Shown: positions 33,882-46,954, numbered from the stretch's first letter. The stretch: 64,000 nucleotides of DNA from Vulcanimicrobiales bacterium (GCA_038231455.1 JBBRLI010000009.1:71159-135158); one strand, 5' to 3'. Notes: generated by a model from the sequence alone, not told the origin. Numbers and translations are program-made.

Positions 33882-34355
33882 ATGACGCTAGAAGTCTTCG
33901 TGCCGCAAGACCGCGCGCGTATGGAAGAAGCGATCGCACTTCGCATCGCCGTCTTCGTGCACGAACAGCTCGTCCCCGAAGAGGAAGAAGTCGATACGCA
34001 CGATGCAGCCGACGCGGGTGCGTTGCACGTGATCGTGCGCGATCCCAGCGGCGCTGTTGCCGCGACGGGACGATTTTACGATGCGGGCGAGCGTGTCGCG
34101 CAAATCGGTCGCATGGCCGTTCGGGTCGACATGCGCGCGGCGGGGCTCGGTCGCATGATGCTCGAGCGGCTCATGCATGAAGCGCGTAAACGCGGATTCG
34201 AACGCGCCGTCCTCTTTGCGCAAGAGCAGGCGGTCGGCTTCTATGCAAAATCAGGCTTTGCACCGTTTGGCACGACGCTGCTCGACGGCGGCATCGTGCA
34301 TCAGCCGATGGAACGCGCGTTAAGCGCTGATCTGCTGCGCGCGGTGGACGCGTAA
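33882..34355 (+). CDS. GNAT N-acetyltransferase
   Basis: 157 aa from ATG 33882 with the motifs IGRMAVRVDMRAAGLGRMMLERLM and FYAKSGF. Confidence 0.75.
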   Translation: MTLEVFVPQDRARMEEAIALRIAVFVHEQLVPEEEEVDTHDAADAGALHVIVRDPSGAVAATGRFYDAGERVAQIGRMAVRVDMRAAGLGRMMLERLMHEARKRGFERAVLFAQEQAVGFYAKSGFAPFGTTLLDGGIVHQPMERALSADLLRAVDA

Positions 34356-34724
34356 GTCGGCTCGGATCTCCGTCCAGCCGTCGCGCTGTGTTGCTTCGAG
34401 CGTTTCCGCGAGCGACTGCACGACATAGAGGCCGCGACCACTCTCGGACTGTTCGTCCGGTAAGGTTGCCGGCAGCCGAGGTCCCTTGCCGCGGTCGCAT
34501 ACGACGATCGTTGCGCTATGCGAGTCCAAGTCGAAACTGACGCGGACGTCGCCTCTGGTGTACCGGTGCGTGTTGGTCAAGAGTTCGCCAATAACGATCT
34601 CTGCTGCGAAAACTTCCGATTCGGGCGCCCCGATTTCGCGAAGCAAGGTGGCAAGCGCCGAGCGGATCGCCCGGAGCGCGCCACCATCGTCGCTGTGGAC
34701 CACGAATTCTGTTTTCACATTCAT
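34320..34724 (-). CDS. RsbW/SpoIIAB-like anti-sigma serine kinase (HATPase_c only)
   Basis: 134 aa with the motifs AAEIVIGELLTNTHRY, IVVCDRGKG and SGRGLYVVQSLAE. Confidence 0.7.
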   Translation of the reverse strand: MNVKTEFVVHSDDGGALRAIRSALATLLREIGAPESEVFAAEIVIGELLTNTHRYTRGDVRVSFDLDSHSATIVVCDRGKGPRLPATLPDEQSESGRGLYVVQSLAETLEATQRDGWTEIRADLRVHRAQQISA

Positions 34725-34782
34725 GTCTTACCCGTTTGCGTTCCAGCCGAAGCGATGTGTCAAAATCTGTAACTGCGAGCGG

Positions 34783-35508
34783 TTAAAATCCAGCCAAGCG
34801 AGCGATCATTGCGGCAAATCCCGCAATATTCGACTCGGGCGTGGGCGTCCGCGAAATAACGCTCTCGCGCAGCGATGATTCGACTAAAGCGAGAATCGTA
34901 TACGCGACGATCTCCGGAGCTTCGATCGCGACATACGATTCGGCGGCGCTGCGACGAAGGTAAGAAGCCGCAGCTTCGCATGCCACGGTATGGCGCCGCC
35001 GGCGTTCTTCAATCAAAACCGGATCGCTATTGGAGGCAATGAACCAGGCGCGTAGGAGCCTCGGTCGCGTGCTCGCTGAGGCGAGAACTTCCTCGGCCCA
35101 AGCGATAATTTTGGCTTTTTCCGCTTCGCGCGTTCCGAGCGGCTCGGAAAAACGCTCGGACATTCTGTCGATCGGTTCGCTGTGGCGCATCATCGCATCG
35201 CGCACGGCGGCGTTGATATCTTTGAAGTAGCGATAGAACGTGCCGTAGGCAAGACCCGCTTCACTTGCGACCATGCCGGTGGAGAGCATAGCGAGATCGT
35301 GGTTTTCGAGCAATCGTTCGAGTGCATCGAGCAGTCGGTCGCGCGATGACGGCCGCGCTTTGCGCTCGGGCGAGAGGGTGCCCTCACCCTCGACGCGTCC
35401 GATGTACGTCCATTTTCCACGCACGCGCTTGGTCTCGGGGTCGCGGAAACTTTCCACCCGATAACGGTAGGCACGTCCGCTAACCCGTTTGATGACCTCG
35501 TACGCCAT
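34783..35508 (-). CDS. TetR-family regulator with extra ~55-aa N-terminal beta-rich domain
   Basis: The TetR HTH is present (RLLDALERLLENHDLAMLSTGMVASEAGLAYGTFYRYF). It is preceded by MAYEVIKRVSGRAYRYRVESFRDPETKRVRGKWTYIGRVEG. The ATG at 35508 has GAGG 7 nt upstream. Confidence 0.7.
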   Translation of the reverse strand: MAYEVIKRVSGRAYRYRVESFRDPETKRVRGKWTYIGRVEGEGTLSPERKARPSSRDRLLDALERLLENHDLAMLSTGMVASEAGLAYGTFYRYFKDINAAVRDAMMRHSEPIDRMSERFSEPLGTREAEKAKIIAWAEEVLASASTRPRLLRAWFIASNSDPVLIEERRRRHTVACEAAASYLRRSAAESYVAIEAPEIVAYTILALVESSLRESVISRTPTPESNIAGFAAMIARLAGF

Positions 35509-35611
35509 GAATGGACCTCGCATTAGACAATAGAGAAAGAAGAACGTTTGTTAAAACGCTCGCGCGGATTGCTCCGACATAACAGTAATCGGCTGCTTCT
35601 CTCAGCTTCTT

Positions 35612-35655
35612 AGCGGGGGACGTAAAGCTCCGGTACATTCGCTCCTTCCCCCGCT
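35612..35655. repeat. Perfect 9-bp inverted repeat in the TetR/STAS divergent intergenic region
   Basis: AGCGGGGGA (35612-35620) and TCCCCCGCT (35647-35655) are separated by 26 nt. This could be an operator or a 5'-UTR hairpin. Confidence 0.3.
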
Positions 35656-35702
35656 TGGCGGGTCGTGATTGGAGCATGAAACGGCCGGGTAAAGCGACAT
35701 CC

Positions 35703-36062
35703 ATGACCCGCGTTTCCGCCGATTATGCCTTCGAAATTGACGTCCAACTGGGCTCAAACGGCAGCCGCATCGTTGCGGTCAGCGGAGATTTCGATCTCCA
35801 TGCGACGCTGCGCTTCAAAGATATGACGGCAGCGCTTCTCACCGCCGGATGCACGAGCATGGTGCTCAGCCTCGATCGCGCGAGCTACATCGACTCGACG
35901 GCCCTGGGGGCGCTCATCGGACTGCAAAAGCGCCTAACCGAAGCGGGCGGATCGCTTGCGGTAATCTGCTCCAACCGCCAAATTCGGACGATTTTCGAGG
36001 CGACCGGGCTCCTTGCCGTCTTCCGCATCCGCGAGGCGCCGCTCGCCTCGAAGTCCGCCTAG
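35703..36062 (+). CDS. STAS-domain anti-sigma-factor antagonist
   Basis: 119 aa from ATG 35703. It has the motifs VSGDFDLHATLRFKD, the phosphorylatable-Ser context SYIDSTALGALIG, and LAVICSNRQIRTIFEATGL. Confidence 0.75.
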   Translation: MTRVSADYAFEIDVQLGSNGSRIVAVSGDFDLHATLRFKDMTAALLTAGCTSMVLSLDRASYIDSTALGALIGLQKRLTEAGGSLAVICSNRQIRTIFEATGLLAVFRIREAPLASKSA

Positions 36063-36373
36063 CGTCCTAGCTGTTGCTGCGCCTCTTCCGGCGTAGCGAC
36101 GATGGTCATCGATTGCGAGAGTCCCGAGATTTGGAGCACGCGCTCGACATGCGAGCCGCCGGCGACGATCCAGACGACTTCGGCTTCGCGTTTTCGGAAG
36201 CGATCCGCGAGCCACGCGAATTCGGCGAGTGAGGCGGAGTCGACGTAGCAGACGTCGCGCAGGTCGATGATGGCCTCGGCTGCATCGCTGAGCGTCGCGA
36301 GAACGTTCTTTAACGACCCTCGAGTCGATACGTCCAGCTCGCCGGAGAGCGTGAGTACGCGAGGTTCGCTCAT
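36059..36373 (-). CDS. STAS-domain anti-sigma-factor antagonist (second copy, convergent)
   Basis: 104 aa from ATG 36373. It has LTLSGELDVSTRGSL, the Ser context CYVDSASLAEF, and VERVLQISGL. It shares the CTAG stop tetranucleotide with the other STAS gene. Confidence 0.7.
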   Translation of the reverse strand: MSEPRVLTLSGELDVSTRGSLKNVLATLSDAAEAIIDLRDVCYVDSASLAEFAWLADRFRKREAEVVWIVAGGSHVERVLQISGLSQSMTIVATPEEAQQQLGR

Positions 36374-36481
36374 TTGGTGCAATTCGTGTTTGCCGGAGGC
36401 GAACCCGCGTCGGAGTTTGAGAAAAAAGGAGCAGCCGAGCGAAAGGCCATGCGCCACCGTGACCGAGAACACACTTGTGAG

Positions 36482-36778
36482 ATGGAGCAAGAGTTGACCG
36501 GAGCCGAGGCGCTGGATGCGCTATCGCGACGCGGACCGTGCCGATTGCAGATTCTGCAAGACGGAGCGGAGCGCGGCTCGTATACCGGCACGATCTATGC
36601 CACCGAGAGCAGCTTTGCGTTCCACGCCAGCGCCAAAATGGGTTTTACGCCCGCTCACGGGATCGGCGAGAATCCCTGGACGATCGTCAGCGTCGAACCG
36701 ATGATCCTCGAAATGCTCGCGGACGGCGGTCACGTCGTTCTGCGCCTCTCCGAGGCAAAACAGCAAGCTCCGGCTTAG
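36482..36778 (+). CDS. Hypothetical small protein
   Basis: 98 aa from ATG 36482 (MEQELTGAEAL...). I recognise no family. Its stop overlaps the stop of the convergent ArsR gene. Confidence 0.35.
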   Translation: MEQELTGAEALDALSRRGPCRLQILQDGAERGSYTGTIYATESSFAFHASAKMGFTPAHGIGENPWTIVSVEPMILEMLADGGHVVLRLSEAKQQAPA

Positions 36779-37128
36779 CCCGACCCGCGCGTTGGCGCCC
36801 ACACGCTCGAGGTGAAGTACTCGGGAAAGAGCACCGAGAGCGCAGCGTCAATCCGGGCGGCAGCATCGGGGGTCAGTTCGTAGCGAAGCGACGTCTTCCG
36901 ACGCTGCGCACGGACGAGACCCGCCTCGCGGAGGATTCGCAAGTGATGCGAGACCGTCGGCTGGTTCAGTGGGAGCCGCGCCGTGAGTTCGCCGACCGCG
37001 AGCCCGTCGATTGCGATCAGGCGCAGAATCGCCAAGCGCTGTGCATCAGCGAGGGCTTTGAACAGCTTCGCCTCAGCGGCGAGTGGGGGACCGGCGGGCG
37101 AGGCGGTCATGCCGCGCAGGAAGCTCAC
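36775..37128 (-). CDS. ArsR/SmtB-family transcriptional regulator
   Basis: The winged HTH is present (LFKALADAQRLAILRLIA ... LTARLPLNQPTVSHHLRILREAGLV). An alternative start lies 6 codons downstream. Confidence 0.85.
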   Translation of the reverse strand: MSFLRGMTASPAGPPLAAEAKLFKALADAQRLAILRLIAIDGLAVGELTARLPLNQPTVSHHLRILREAGLVRAQRRKTSLRYELTPDAAARIDAALSVLFPEYFTSSVWAPTRGSG

Positions 37129-37181
37129 CCGGCTAGTTTGCCAACTCTATCGATAAGCGTCAATAGAAGGGCGAAAAAACC

Positions 37182-37210
37182 TTGACGGACCTTGGCCCCG
37201 GTGGTATCCT
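37182..37210 (+). promoter_or_regulatory. Candidate sigma-70 promoter for rpoB (extended -10)
   Basis: TTGACG (37182-37187), a 17-nt spacer ending in TGG, then TATCCT (37205-37210). This would give a leader of roughly 120 nt before ATG 37338. Confidence 0.45.
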
Positions 37211-37337
37211 CTTCGTCTATGTCCCTCGGTTTGTAGCAGAGGACAGCGAGGAGCGGACAGTCTCTCCGGAGAGTGTTGCGCGCCTTTTTGGTTTTCCGCA
37301 CCCACCCCTTCCCGAATAGGCGAGATAAACAGAACGC

Positions 37338-41240
<3,903 letters not shown>

Positions 41241-41291
41241 GACGTCCTGATTCGCGACCGCTCTTCGAGCGCAAATCAGAACGTCCTGAAG

Positions 41292-41324
41292 AAATCCCCG
41301 GCAGCGATGCCGGGGATTTTTTTT
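41292..41324. terminator. Strong rho-independent terminator after rpoB, shared with the convergent glycosyltransferase gene
   Basis: The 12-bp stem AAATCCCCGGCA / TGCCGGGGATTT has a GCGA loop and is followed by TTTTT on the plus strand. The minus-strand stop codon lies at 41323-41325, inside the T-tract. Confidence 0.75.
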
Positions 41325-42852
41325 AGCGCGCCCGCAGCGCGTCGATCCGTTCGCGGACGCGTTCGCCGCTGCGTTGCCACGACCAAGTTGCGGCACGCGC
41401 GGCGGCCGCGAGACCTCGCGCTTCGCGTTCTCTCCGTTCGCGTACGACACGCAGCATTGTCTGAGCGAGCGCGTTGACATCGGGTTCGAGCAGCCAGCCT
41501 TCATCGATGAGGTCGTGGCCGTGTGCGTGTCGCCCGATGGCACGACGCGTTGCGGGGATCGGATATCCGACGCGCTCGTCGACAAAGTCATCGGTCGCGC
41601 CGCCGTGCGTTGTGATCGGCGCGAGCCCACATGCCATCGCCTCGAGCACGGGAAGCGCGAAGCCCTCTCCGCGATAGGGATGCACGTACGCGTTTGCGCT
41701 GCGGTACAGCGAGGCGAGCGTCTGGCTTTCAAGTAATTGATCGACGTAGAGGATCTCCGGCATCCCGGGCGTCTGCGTGATACGCTCGATCAGGGCGCGG
41801 TAGTTCATGCCCGTGTAGGTATCGCCGACGCCGAAATCTTTGATGATCAGCGTCACGTCATCGGCAGAAGTGAACGTACGTGTGTACGCGGAGAGCAAGA
41901 CGTCGATCCCTTTGCGCTCGATCGTGCCGCCGACGTAACAGAAGCGGAATGCTTTTTGCGACGGCAGCGTCAGGCGCGGACCGTCAACGCGAAACACGGA
42001 TGGATCGATGCCGAGCGGAATGACTTGGACGCGCGCCGGATCGAAGCCGGCAGCGGTATAGAGGCCCGCGACATAGGACGATGGACACCACACTTCGTCG
42101 ATGACGTCCCGCGCTGCCGCCCAGTCGCGCGGAAGCGCGCCGTACTCCCACATTTGCATGTGCACATACGTGCGGGCCGGTGGCCGATCGAAGTAGGGCG
42201 GCCAGGGATGGCGGATCCAGACATCAGAGCCGTCGGAGGCAGCCAGCGTATGGGCCATGACGTGGGCCATGCGGGCACGTTCGGACTGGGTGAGGTGATC
42301 GGCCACTTCGGTCCGCAGAACGTGCAATCCATGTTCGCCTTGAGCGAGCGCCGCATGCACGAGTTCGCGATTCACCGCGGCAAGCGAATTCGCGGTGAAA
42401 AATTCGCCTTCCCAAACGACACTGCCATCGGCTTTGGCGGACCCGCCCGCCGCCGGATCGCGGCGCGCGACGAGGAACCATGTCCCCGCATCGCCCGGCT
42501 CGATGCCATGTGCGGCGATACGCAGACCGGTTTCGCGCGCGTGCGCGTATGCATCGCCGAGCGTATGGCGAGTCGGTGTCGTGCGCATAACGAGCAGACC
42601 CCCGCGTGCAAGGGCCGCCCCGGCTTGCGTTACGAGCTCGCGGAACTGGTCGGGCTCGAGATGTTCGGTTTCGTCGATCAGCACGATCGCCGGGCTTTCC
42701 GCGGGCAGCGAGCCACCGCGCGGAACCCAGAGCGTTTCGCGGCCGTCTTGCTTGAGAGCAGCGGCAAAACTGCCGTCGTTCCCATACTCCACGACCCGAG
42801 CGGCGTCGCGCACGATTTCAAAGTAAGCCGCGGTATCCACGTTTGCGTGCAT
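41323..42852 (-). CDS. Glycosyltransferase family 4/GT-B enzyme with N-terminal methyltransferase-like region
   Basis: I prefer ATG 42852 as the start (MHANVDT...). The C-terminal GT1/GT4 signature is present (HPYRGEGFALPVLEAMACGLAPITTHGGATDDFV). The N-terminal ~150 aa resembles the end of a class I SAM-MTase fold (LARGGLLVMRT). Confidence 0.7.
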   Translation of the reverse strand: MHANVDTAAYFEIVRDAARVVEYGNDGSFAAALKQDGRETLWVPRGGSLPAESPAIVLIDETEHLEPDQFRELVTQAGAALARGGLLVMRTTPTRHTLGDAYAHARETGLRIAAHGIEPGDAGTWFLVARRDPAAGGSAKADGSVVWEGEFFTANSLAAVNRELVHAALAQGEHGLHVLRTEVADHLTQSERARMAHVMAHTLAASDGSDVWIRHPWPPYFDRPPARTYVHMQMWEYGALPRDWAAARDVIDEVWCPSSYVAGLYTAAGFDPARVQVIPLGIDPSVFRVDGPRLTLPSQKAFRFCYVGGTIERKGIDVLLSAYTRTFTSADDVTLIIKDFGVGDTYTGMNYRALIERITQTPGMPEILYVDQLLESQTLASLYRSANAYVHPYRGEGFALPVLEAMACGLAPITTHGGATDDFVDERVGYPIPATRRAIGRHAHGHDLIDEGWLLEPDVNALAQTMLRVVRERREREARGLAAAARAATWSWQRSGERVRERIDALRAR

Positions 42853-42956
42853 CCGCCGACCGCTTGGAAATTCCCGTTGCGTCGAAACCTGGCAGGGAGT
42901 TCGTGGGTACGTGCGTGAGACGTTTTCCTTACGATTTTCCAGGAGGTCATGACCGG

Positions 42957-45617
42957 GTGAAATTTCTCGTTCGTGCAACGGCGACGTTCGTTGCAACCGC
43001 TCTTTTCGCGCTTGCGACGCCGGCCGTTCGGGCTCAAGACCGTACGCAAGACGTGACGCGTGCGACGCTCAAAAACGGCCTGCAGGTCGTCGTGATTCGC
43101 GATACGCTCGCCCCGGTCGTCTCGACCTGGCTCAACTACAAGGCCGGTTCGAACGAAGAACCGATCGAAGGCCTTGCCCATGCGCAAGAGCACATGCTCT
43201 TCCGCGGCAGCAAGACGGTCACGGCCTCGCAGTTCGCCGACACGACGGCCATCACGGGTGGCGCGTTCAACGCCGACACCCAAGATGCGGTCACCCAGTA
43301 CTTCTTCGAGATGCCCGCGCAATATCTCGACATCGCACTGAACCTCGAAGCATCGCGCGCGCAAGGCGTGCTCGATACGCAGAAACTCTGGGATCAGGAA
43401 CGCGGTGCGATTACGCAGGAAGTCACCCGCGATAATTCGTCGGCGACGTACCGATTGATCGACAAAGTCGTCCACAACATGTTCTCCGGGACACCGTACG
43501 CCGATATGGGTCTGGGAACCGTCGCCAGTTTCAAAAAAATCCAGGCGCCGGATCTCAAAGCCTATTACGACGCGTGGTACCACCCAAATAATGCCGTGTT
43601 CGTGATCGCGGGCGATGTCGATCCGCAGACGACGATTGCAAAAGTGCGCGCGCTCTTCGAATCGATTCCGGCGAAAAAATTACCCGCGCGTAAGGCCGTC
43701 AATCTCAAACCGCTCACCGCGGTCACGCTCAAAGACGAGAGCGACTTGCCGTATATCATCGACATCGTCGCGTACCGTGGCCCCGGTTTTGCAAGCCCGG
43801 ATTGGGCCGCCTCGAGTATCTTGAACGACGTGCTTAACAGCGGTCGCGGGCCGCTCTTCGAATTGCAGGCACAGGGCAAAGCACTCGGCGCGTTTGCCGG
43901 ATCCCTGACGCGCGGCCAGTCATCGCTCGCCTATGTCGGCTCGGCCGTTGCAACGAACGCCGACGGCACGGCAGCGGCAAACGATCTCAAAGCGGTCATC
44001 GCACAGTACCAAAAAACCGGCGTCCCCGCCGACCTGGTCGAGGCGGCAAAGCTTCGTGAAGTCTCGCAAAAAGAGTTTGCAAAGAACTCGATTCAGGGCG
44101 TGGCGACCGCGTGGAGTCAGGCGCTTGCCGTTGAGAATCGCACGCCCGATGAGGACATCGCGCTTCTCGGTGCGGTGACTACGGATGACGTCAATCGCGT
44201 GCTCCGTAAATATTTTGATAACGCGACGGCATCGGTTGCGATTGCAATTCCCAAGCCCGGCGCGCAAGGCGGCGGCGGTGGTCGAGCGGGTGAAGACAAT
44301 ACCGTTATTCCGACCGAGCATACGGGTTTGCCGACCTTCGCTCGCAACGTGCTCAAGAATCTCCGCGTTCCGCCGCAGAGCGCGACGCCCACGCAGTACA
44401 CCCTTGCAAACGGCATCAAACTCATCGTTCAACCCGAATCGATCTCGCATACGGTGCTGGTTCGCGGGCAAATTCGCACCAATGCCGGTATTCAGGAACC
44501 GGTCGGTAAAGAGGGCGTCTCGAGTCTCACGGCCGGTCTCTTTACGTACGGCACGACGACGTACGACCGCATTGCTTTCCAAACCGAACTGGACAAAATC
44601 GCCGCCGACGTGAACGCCGGACCGCGATTCAATGCCGATGTGCTCAGCAAAGATTTCGATCGCGGCGTCGCGCTGCTTGCCGATAACGAACTTCACCCGG
44701 CCTTTCCCGCGACAAACTTCGAAATCATTAAGAAACAGTCGGTCGCCGCGCAAACGGGCGCGATAACGAGCCCTGATTTTCTCGCCGGACGCGCGCAACT
44801 CAAAGGCCTCTTGCCGGCGAACGATCCCGCGCAGCGTTACGCCACGCCAGAATCCCTCGGCACCGTTACACTCGAGGATCTCAAGGGGTTCTATGCATCG
44901 ACCTATCGCCCCGATCTGACGACCATCGTCGTGATTGGCGATGTGAAACCGGATGCCGCAAAAGCCACGATCGAGAAATATTTCGGCGGTTGGAAGAACC
45001 CCGAGAGTGCAGCGCCCTCGCTCGATAATCCGGCCGTGCCCGCCAATATCGCAAGCGAAGCGACGATTCCGGCGACCGGACGCATTCAGTCGAGCATCGC
45101 GCTTAGCGAAGTCCTCGGGCTCACGCGTCTTGATGCCGACTATCCGGCACTCCGCCTTGCCAACACGGTCCTAAGTGGCGGGTTCTATGCCTCGCTCCTC
45201 TACCACGATCTGCGCGAACTGCACGGCTACGTCTATAACGTCGGCTCGTCGCTCGCGTCGGCCAAGAACCGCAGCGTGTTCAGCGTTTCGTACGGTGCCG
45301 ATCCCAAGAACATCGATCGCGCCGCGAAACTCGTACGAGACGACCTGACGATGCTGCAAAACAAGCCGCTCCCCACCGACCGACTCACGCGAGCAAAGGC
45401 CCTCGTCCTCGGCGAAGTTCCGCTCGCGCAAGAGTCATTCGGCGGATTTGCCGAGCAACTGATCGGCTACGCGAGTGCCGGACTTTCGCTCGATCAGGAC
45501 CGGATCGAAGCGAAGAAAATCCTCGACGTCACGCCCGCCCAAATGCAGGCGGCGATGAAGAAGTGGATCCGTCCCGCGGATTTCGTGCGCGTGGTAACGG
45601 GTCCCGCCGGGAAGTAA
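42957..45617 (+). CDS. Secreted tandem M16 (pitrilysin-family) zinc peptidase
   Basis: GTG 42957 lies 10 nt after an AGGAGG. The protein has a signal peptide (ATFVATALFALATPAVRA) and the inverted zincin motif HAQEH in the first half. The second M16-like half lacks it. Confidence 0.8.
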   Translation: MKFLVRATATFVATALFALATPAVRAQDRTQDVTRATLKNGLQVVVIRDTLAPVVSTWLNYKAGSNEEPIEGLAHAQEHMLFRGSKTVTASQFADTTAITGGAFNADTQDAVTQYFFEMPAQYLDIALNLEASRAQGVLDTQKLWDQERGAITQEVTRDNSSATYRLIDKVVHNMFSGTPYADMGLGTVASFKKIQAPDLKAYYDAWYHPNNAVFVIAGDVDPQTTIAKVRALFESIPAKKLPARKAVNLKPLTAVTLKDESDLPYIIDIVAYRGPGFASPDWAASSILNDVLNSGRGPLFELQAQGKALGAFAGSLTRGQSSLAYVGSAVATNADGTAAANDLKAVIAQYQKTGVPADLVEAAKLREVSQKEFAKNSIQGVATAWSQALAVENRTPDEDIALLGAVTTDDVNRVLRKYFDNATASVAIAIPKPGAQGGGGGRAGEDNTVIPTEHTGLPTFARNVLKNLRVPPQSATPTQYTLANGIKLIVQPESISHTVLVRGQIRTNAGIQEPVGKEGVSSLTAGLFTYGTTTYDRIAFQTELDKIAADVNAGPRFNADVLSKDFDRGVALLADNELHPAFPATNFEIIKKQSVAAQTGAITSPDFLAGRAQLKGLLPANDPAQRYATPESLGTVTLEDLKGFYASTYRPDLTTIVVIGDVKPDAAKATIEKYFGGWKNPESAAPSLDNPAVPANIASEATIPATGRIQSSIALSEVLGLTRLDADYPALRLANTVLSGGFYASLLYHDLRELHGYVYNVGSSLASAKNRSVFSVSYGADPKNIDRAAKLVRDDLTMLQNKPLPTDRLTRAKALVLGEVPLAQESFGGFAEQLIGYASAGLSLDQDRIEAKKILDVTPAQMQAAMKKWIRPADFVRVVTGPAGK

Positions 45618-45624
45618 CCGCGGC

Positions 45625-46317
45625 TTACAACCCCGGATGGAGCTCGAAGTCGGAGGCGTTTGCGATATGCAGCCGATCGAGCAACGTGTCAAAAGCGAGC
45701 GGCAGCGATTCATAGTGTTCGCTGCTCCGCTCGCTCACGTAGATCCAGTGCGCGTGCGCGATAAGTGTGTCGATCGCGTCGTCATCGTACGGCGAACCGA
45801 GCACCAGGATCGCAAGTGTTTCCAATCCCAAGTCGGCCGCCGCCGCTTCGATCGGCGCGAGCGTCGGATATCCAGCATCCTCGTAGACGACGACGGTGTC
45901 GAAATGCCGCGCGGTATCGCTGGCGACGACGGTGCCGGGATTGCCGATGAGCGCTCGGACGCCGCGCGCGCGCGCGTCCGTGCAGAGGCGCTCGTAGTAG
46001 TCGTCCTCGCCCGATGCGACGTCATCGAAGAAAATTGCATCGATGCCGTACCACGATTTCCAGTTGTCGATCTCGGCAGCGATAACCGCGGAATCGCGCT
46101 TGCCGTATGCGGTATCGATGTAGCCGTAGAGCGTGACGTTGGGAAAAGAGAAGGCCGGAAGGGCGCAAACGTATTCCTCGTTTCGCGCCGAGCCGGCACC
46201 GCTATTGGGATTGAGGATCACCGCGAACGGGAGATCCGGAGTTTGGGCAATCGCCGCTGCGAGCGCGTCCCAGACGGGTCCGGGATCAGTGTAGAGCGGC
46301 ACGATCGCGCCAGGCAT
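45625..46317 (-). CDS. Spherulation-specific family 4 (Spherulin-4-like) protein
   Basis: 230 aa. AIVPLYTDPGPVWDAL...FAVILNPNSGAG...LYGYIDTAYGKRD...IDAIFFDDVAS matches my recollection of the Spherulin-4 pattern. Confidence 0.55.
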   Translation of the reverse strand: MPGAIVPLYTDPGPVWDALAAAIAQTPDLPFAVILNPNSGAGSARNEEYVCALPAFSFPNVTLYGYIDTAYGKRDSAVIAAEIDNWKSWYGIDAIFFDDVASGEDDYYERLCTDARARGVRALIGNPGTVVASDTARHFDTVVVYEDAGYPTLAPIEAAAADLGLETLAILVLGSPYDDDAIDTLIAHAHWIYVSERSSEHYESLPLAFDTLLDRLHIANASDFELHPGL

Positions 46318-46889
46318 TACATAGCGCCGGCGGCGGTGATGTCGTCGTTGACTCGCAACCGCACGAGCGTTCCCTTATGCACGTTGATGTCGCTCTTGAG
46401 GCCGCTAGCAAGCGCGAAGCCCGCCACGGCGCCACCGATCGTGCCGCCTTTATGGCCCGTCTTTTTGGAAACGATGTGACCGGCCACCATGCCGCCGATG
46501 ATGAGTCCGGCGTCGCGCACGTGATGCGTCTTGGGTTCGAAGTCTTTGATCGATTTTACCGAGACGTGAATCGGCGCTTTCGTTCCGTCGGCCATCACGA
46601 TGTCGTCGAAAATCAAGTTCATCGTCGCTTTGTGCGTCGGACCGGCAGCGGACACGCCTTCCACGTGGCCTTCGATCGTCGCGCCTTTGAGTTCGGGATT
46701 TTTATGAAAGAACGTGTCTTTTTCTTTGAGCGTGAACGTGTCGCCGTCGTGGCTCGTTTTCGATGAGAGCGGGGTTTGGAGTTCGCCGTCGAGTTCGGCT
46801 CCTTTGTGTGAGAGCACCGCGGATTGGGCAAAGGCCGTCGACCACGTGATCGCGACCAAGGTAAGAGCCGTCATCAAGATACGTTTCAT
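46317..46889 (-). CDS. Secreted hypothetical protein with C-terminal glycine-zipper segment
   Basis: 190 aa with a signal peptide (MKRILMTALTLVAITWSTAFA) and a Gly-zipper-like stretch (GLIIGGMVAGHIV...GGTIGGAVAGFALASG). Its TAATG junction overlaps the downstream gene. Confidence 0.5.
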   Translation of the reverse strand: MKRILMTALTLVAITWSTAFAQSAVLSHKGAELDGELQTPLSSKTSHDGDTFTLKEKDTFFHKNPELKGATIEGHVEGVSAAGPTHKATMNLIFDDIVMADGTKAPIHVSVKSIKDFEPKTHHVRDAGLIIGGMVAGHIVSKKTGHKGGTIGGAVAGFALASGLKSDINVHKGTLVRLRVNDDITAAGAM

Positions 46890-46954
46890 GCAGGCGCCTT
46901 CTTGCGACCAGACGGAGATACTTGCCGCACACCACCAGCATCAGGAGAGAAGCG

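Noticed and set aside
41737-42918. A 393-aa plus-strand ORF opposite the glycosyltransferase gene.
   Set aside because: The minus-strand product has a clear GT4 C-terminal signature. The plus-strand product is Arg/Asp/His-rich without motifs.
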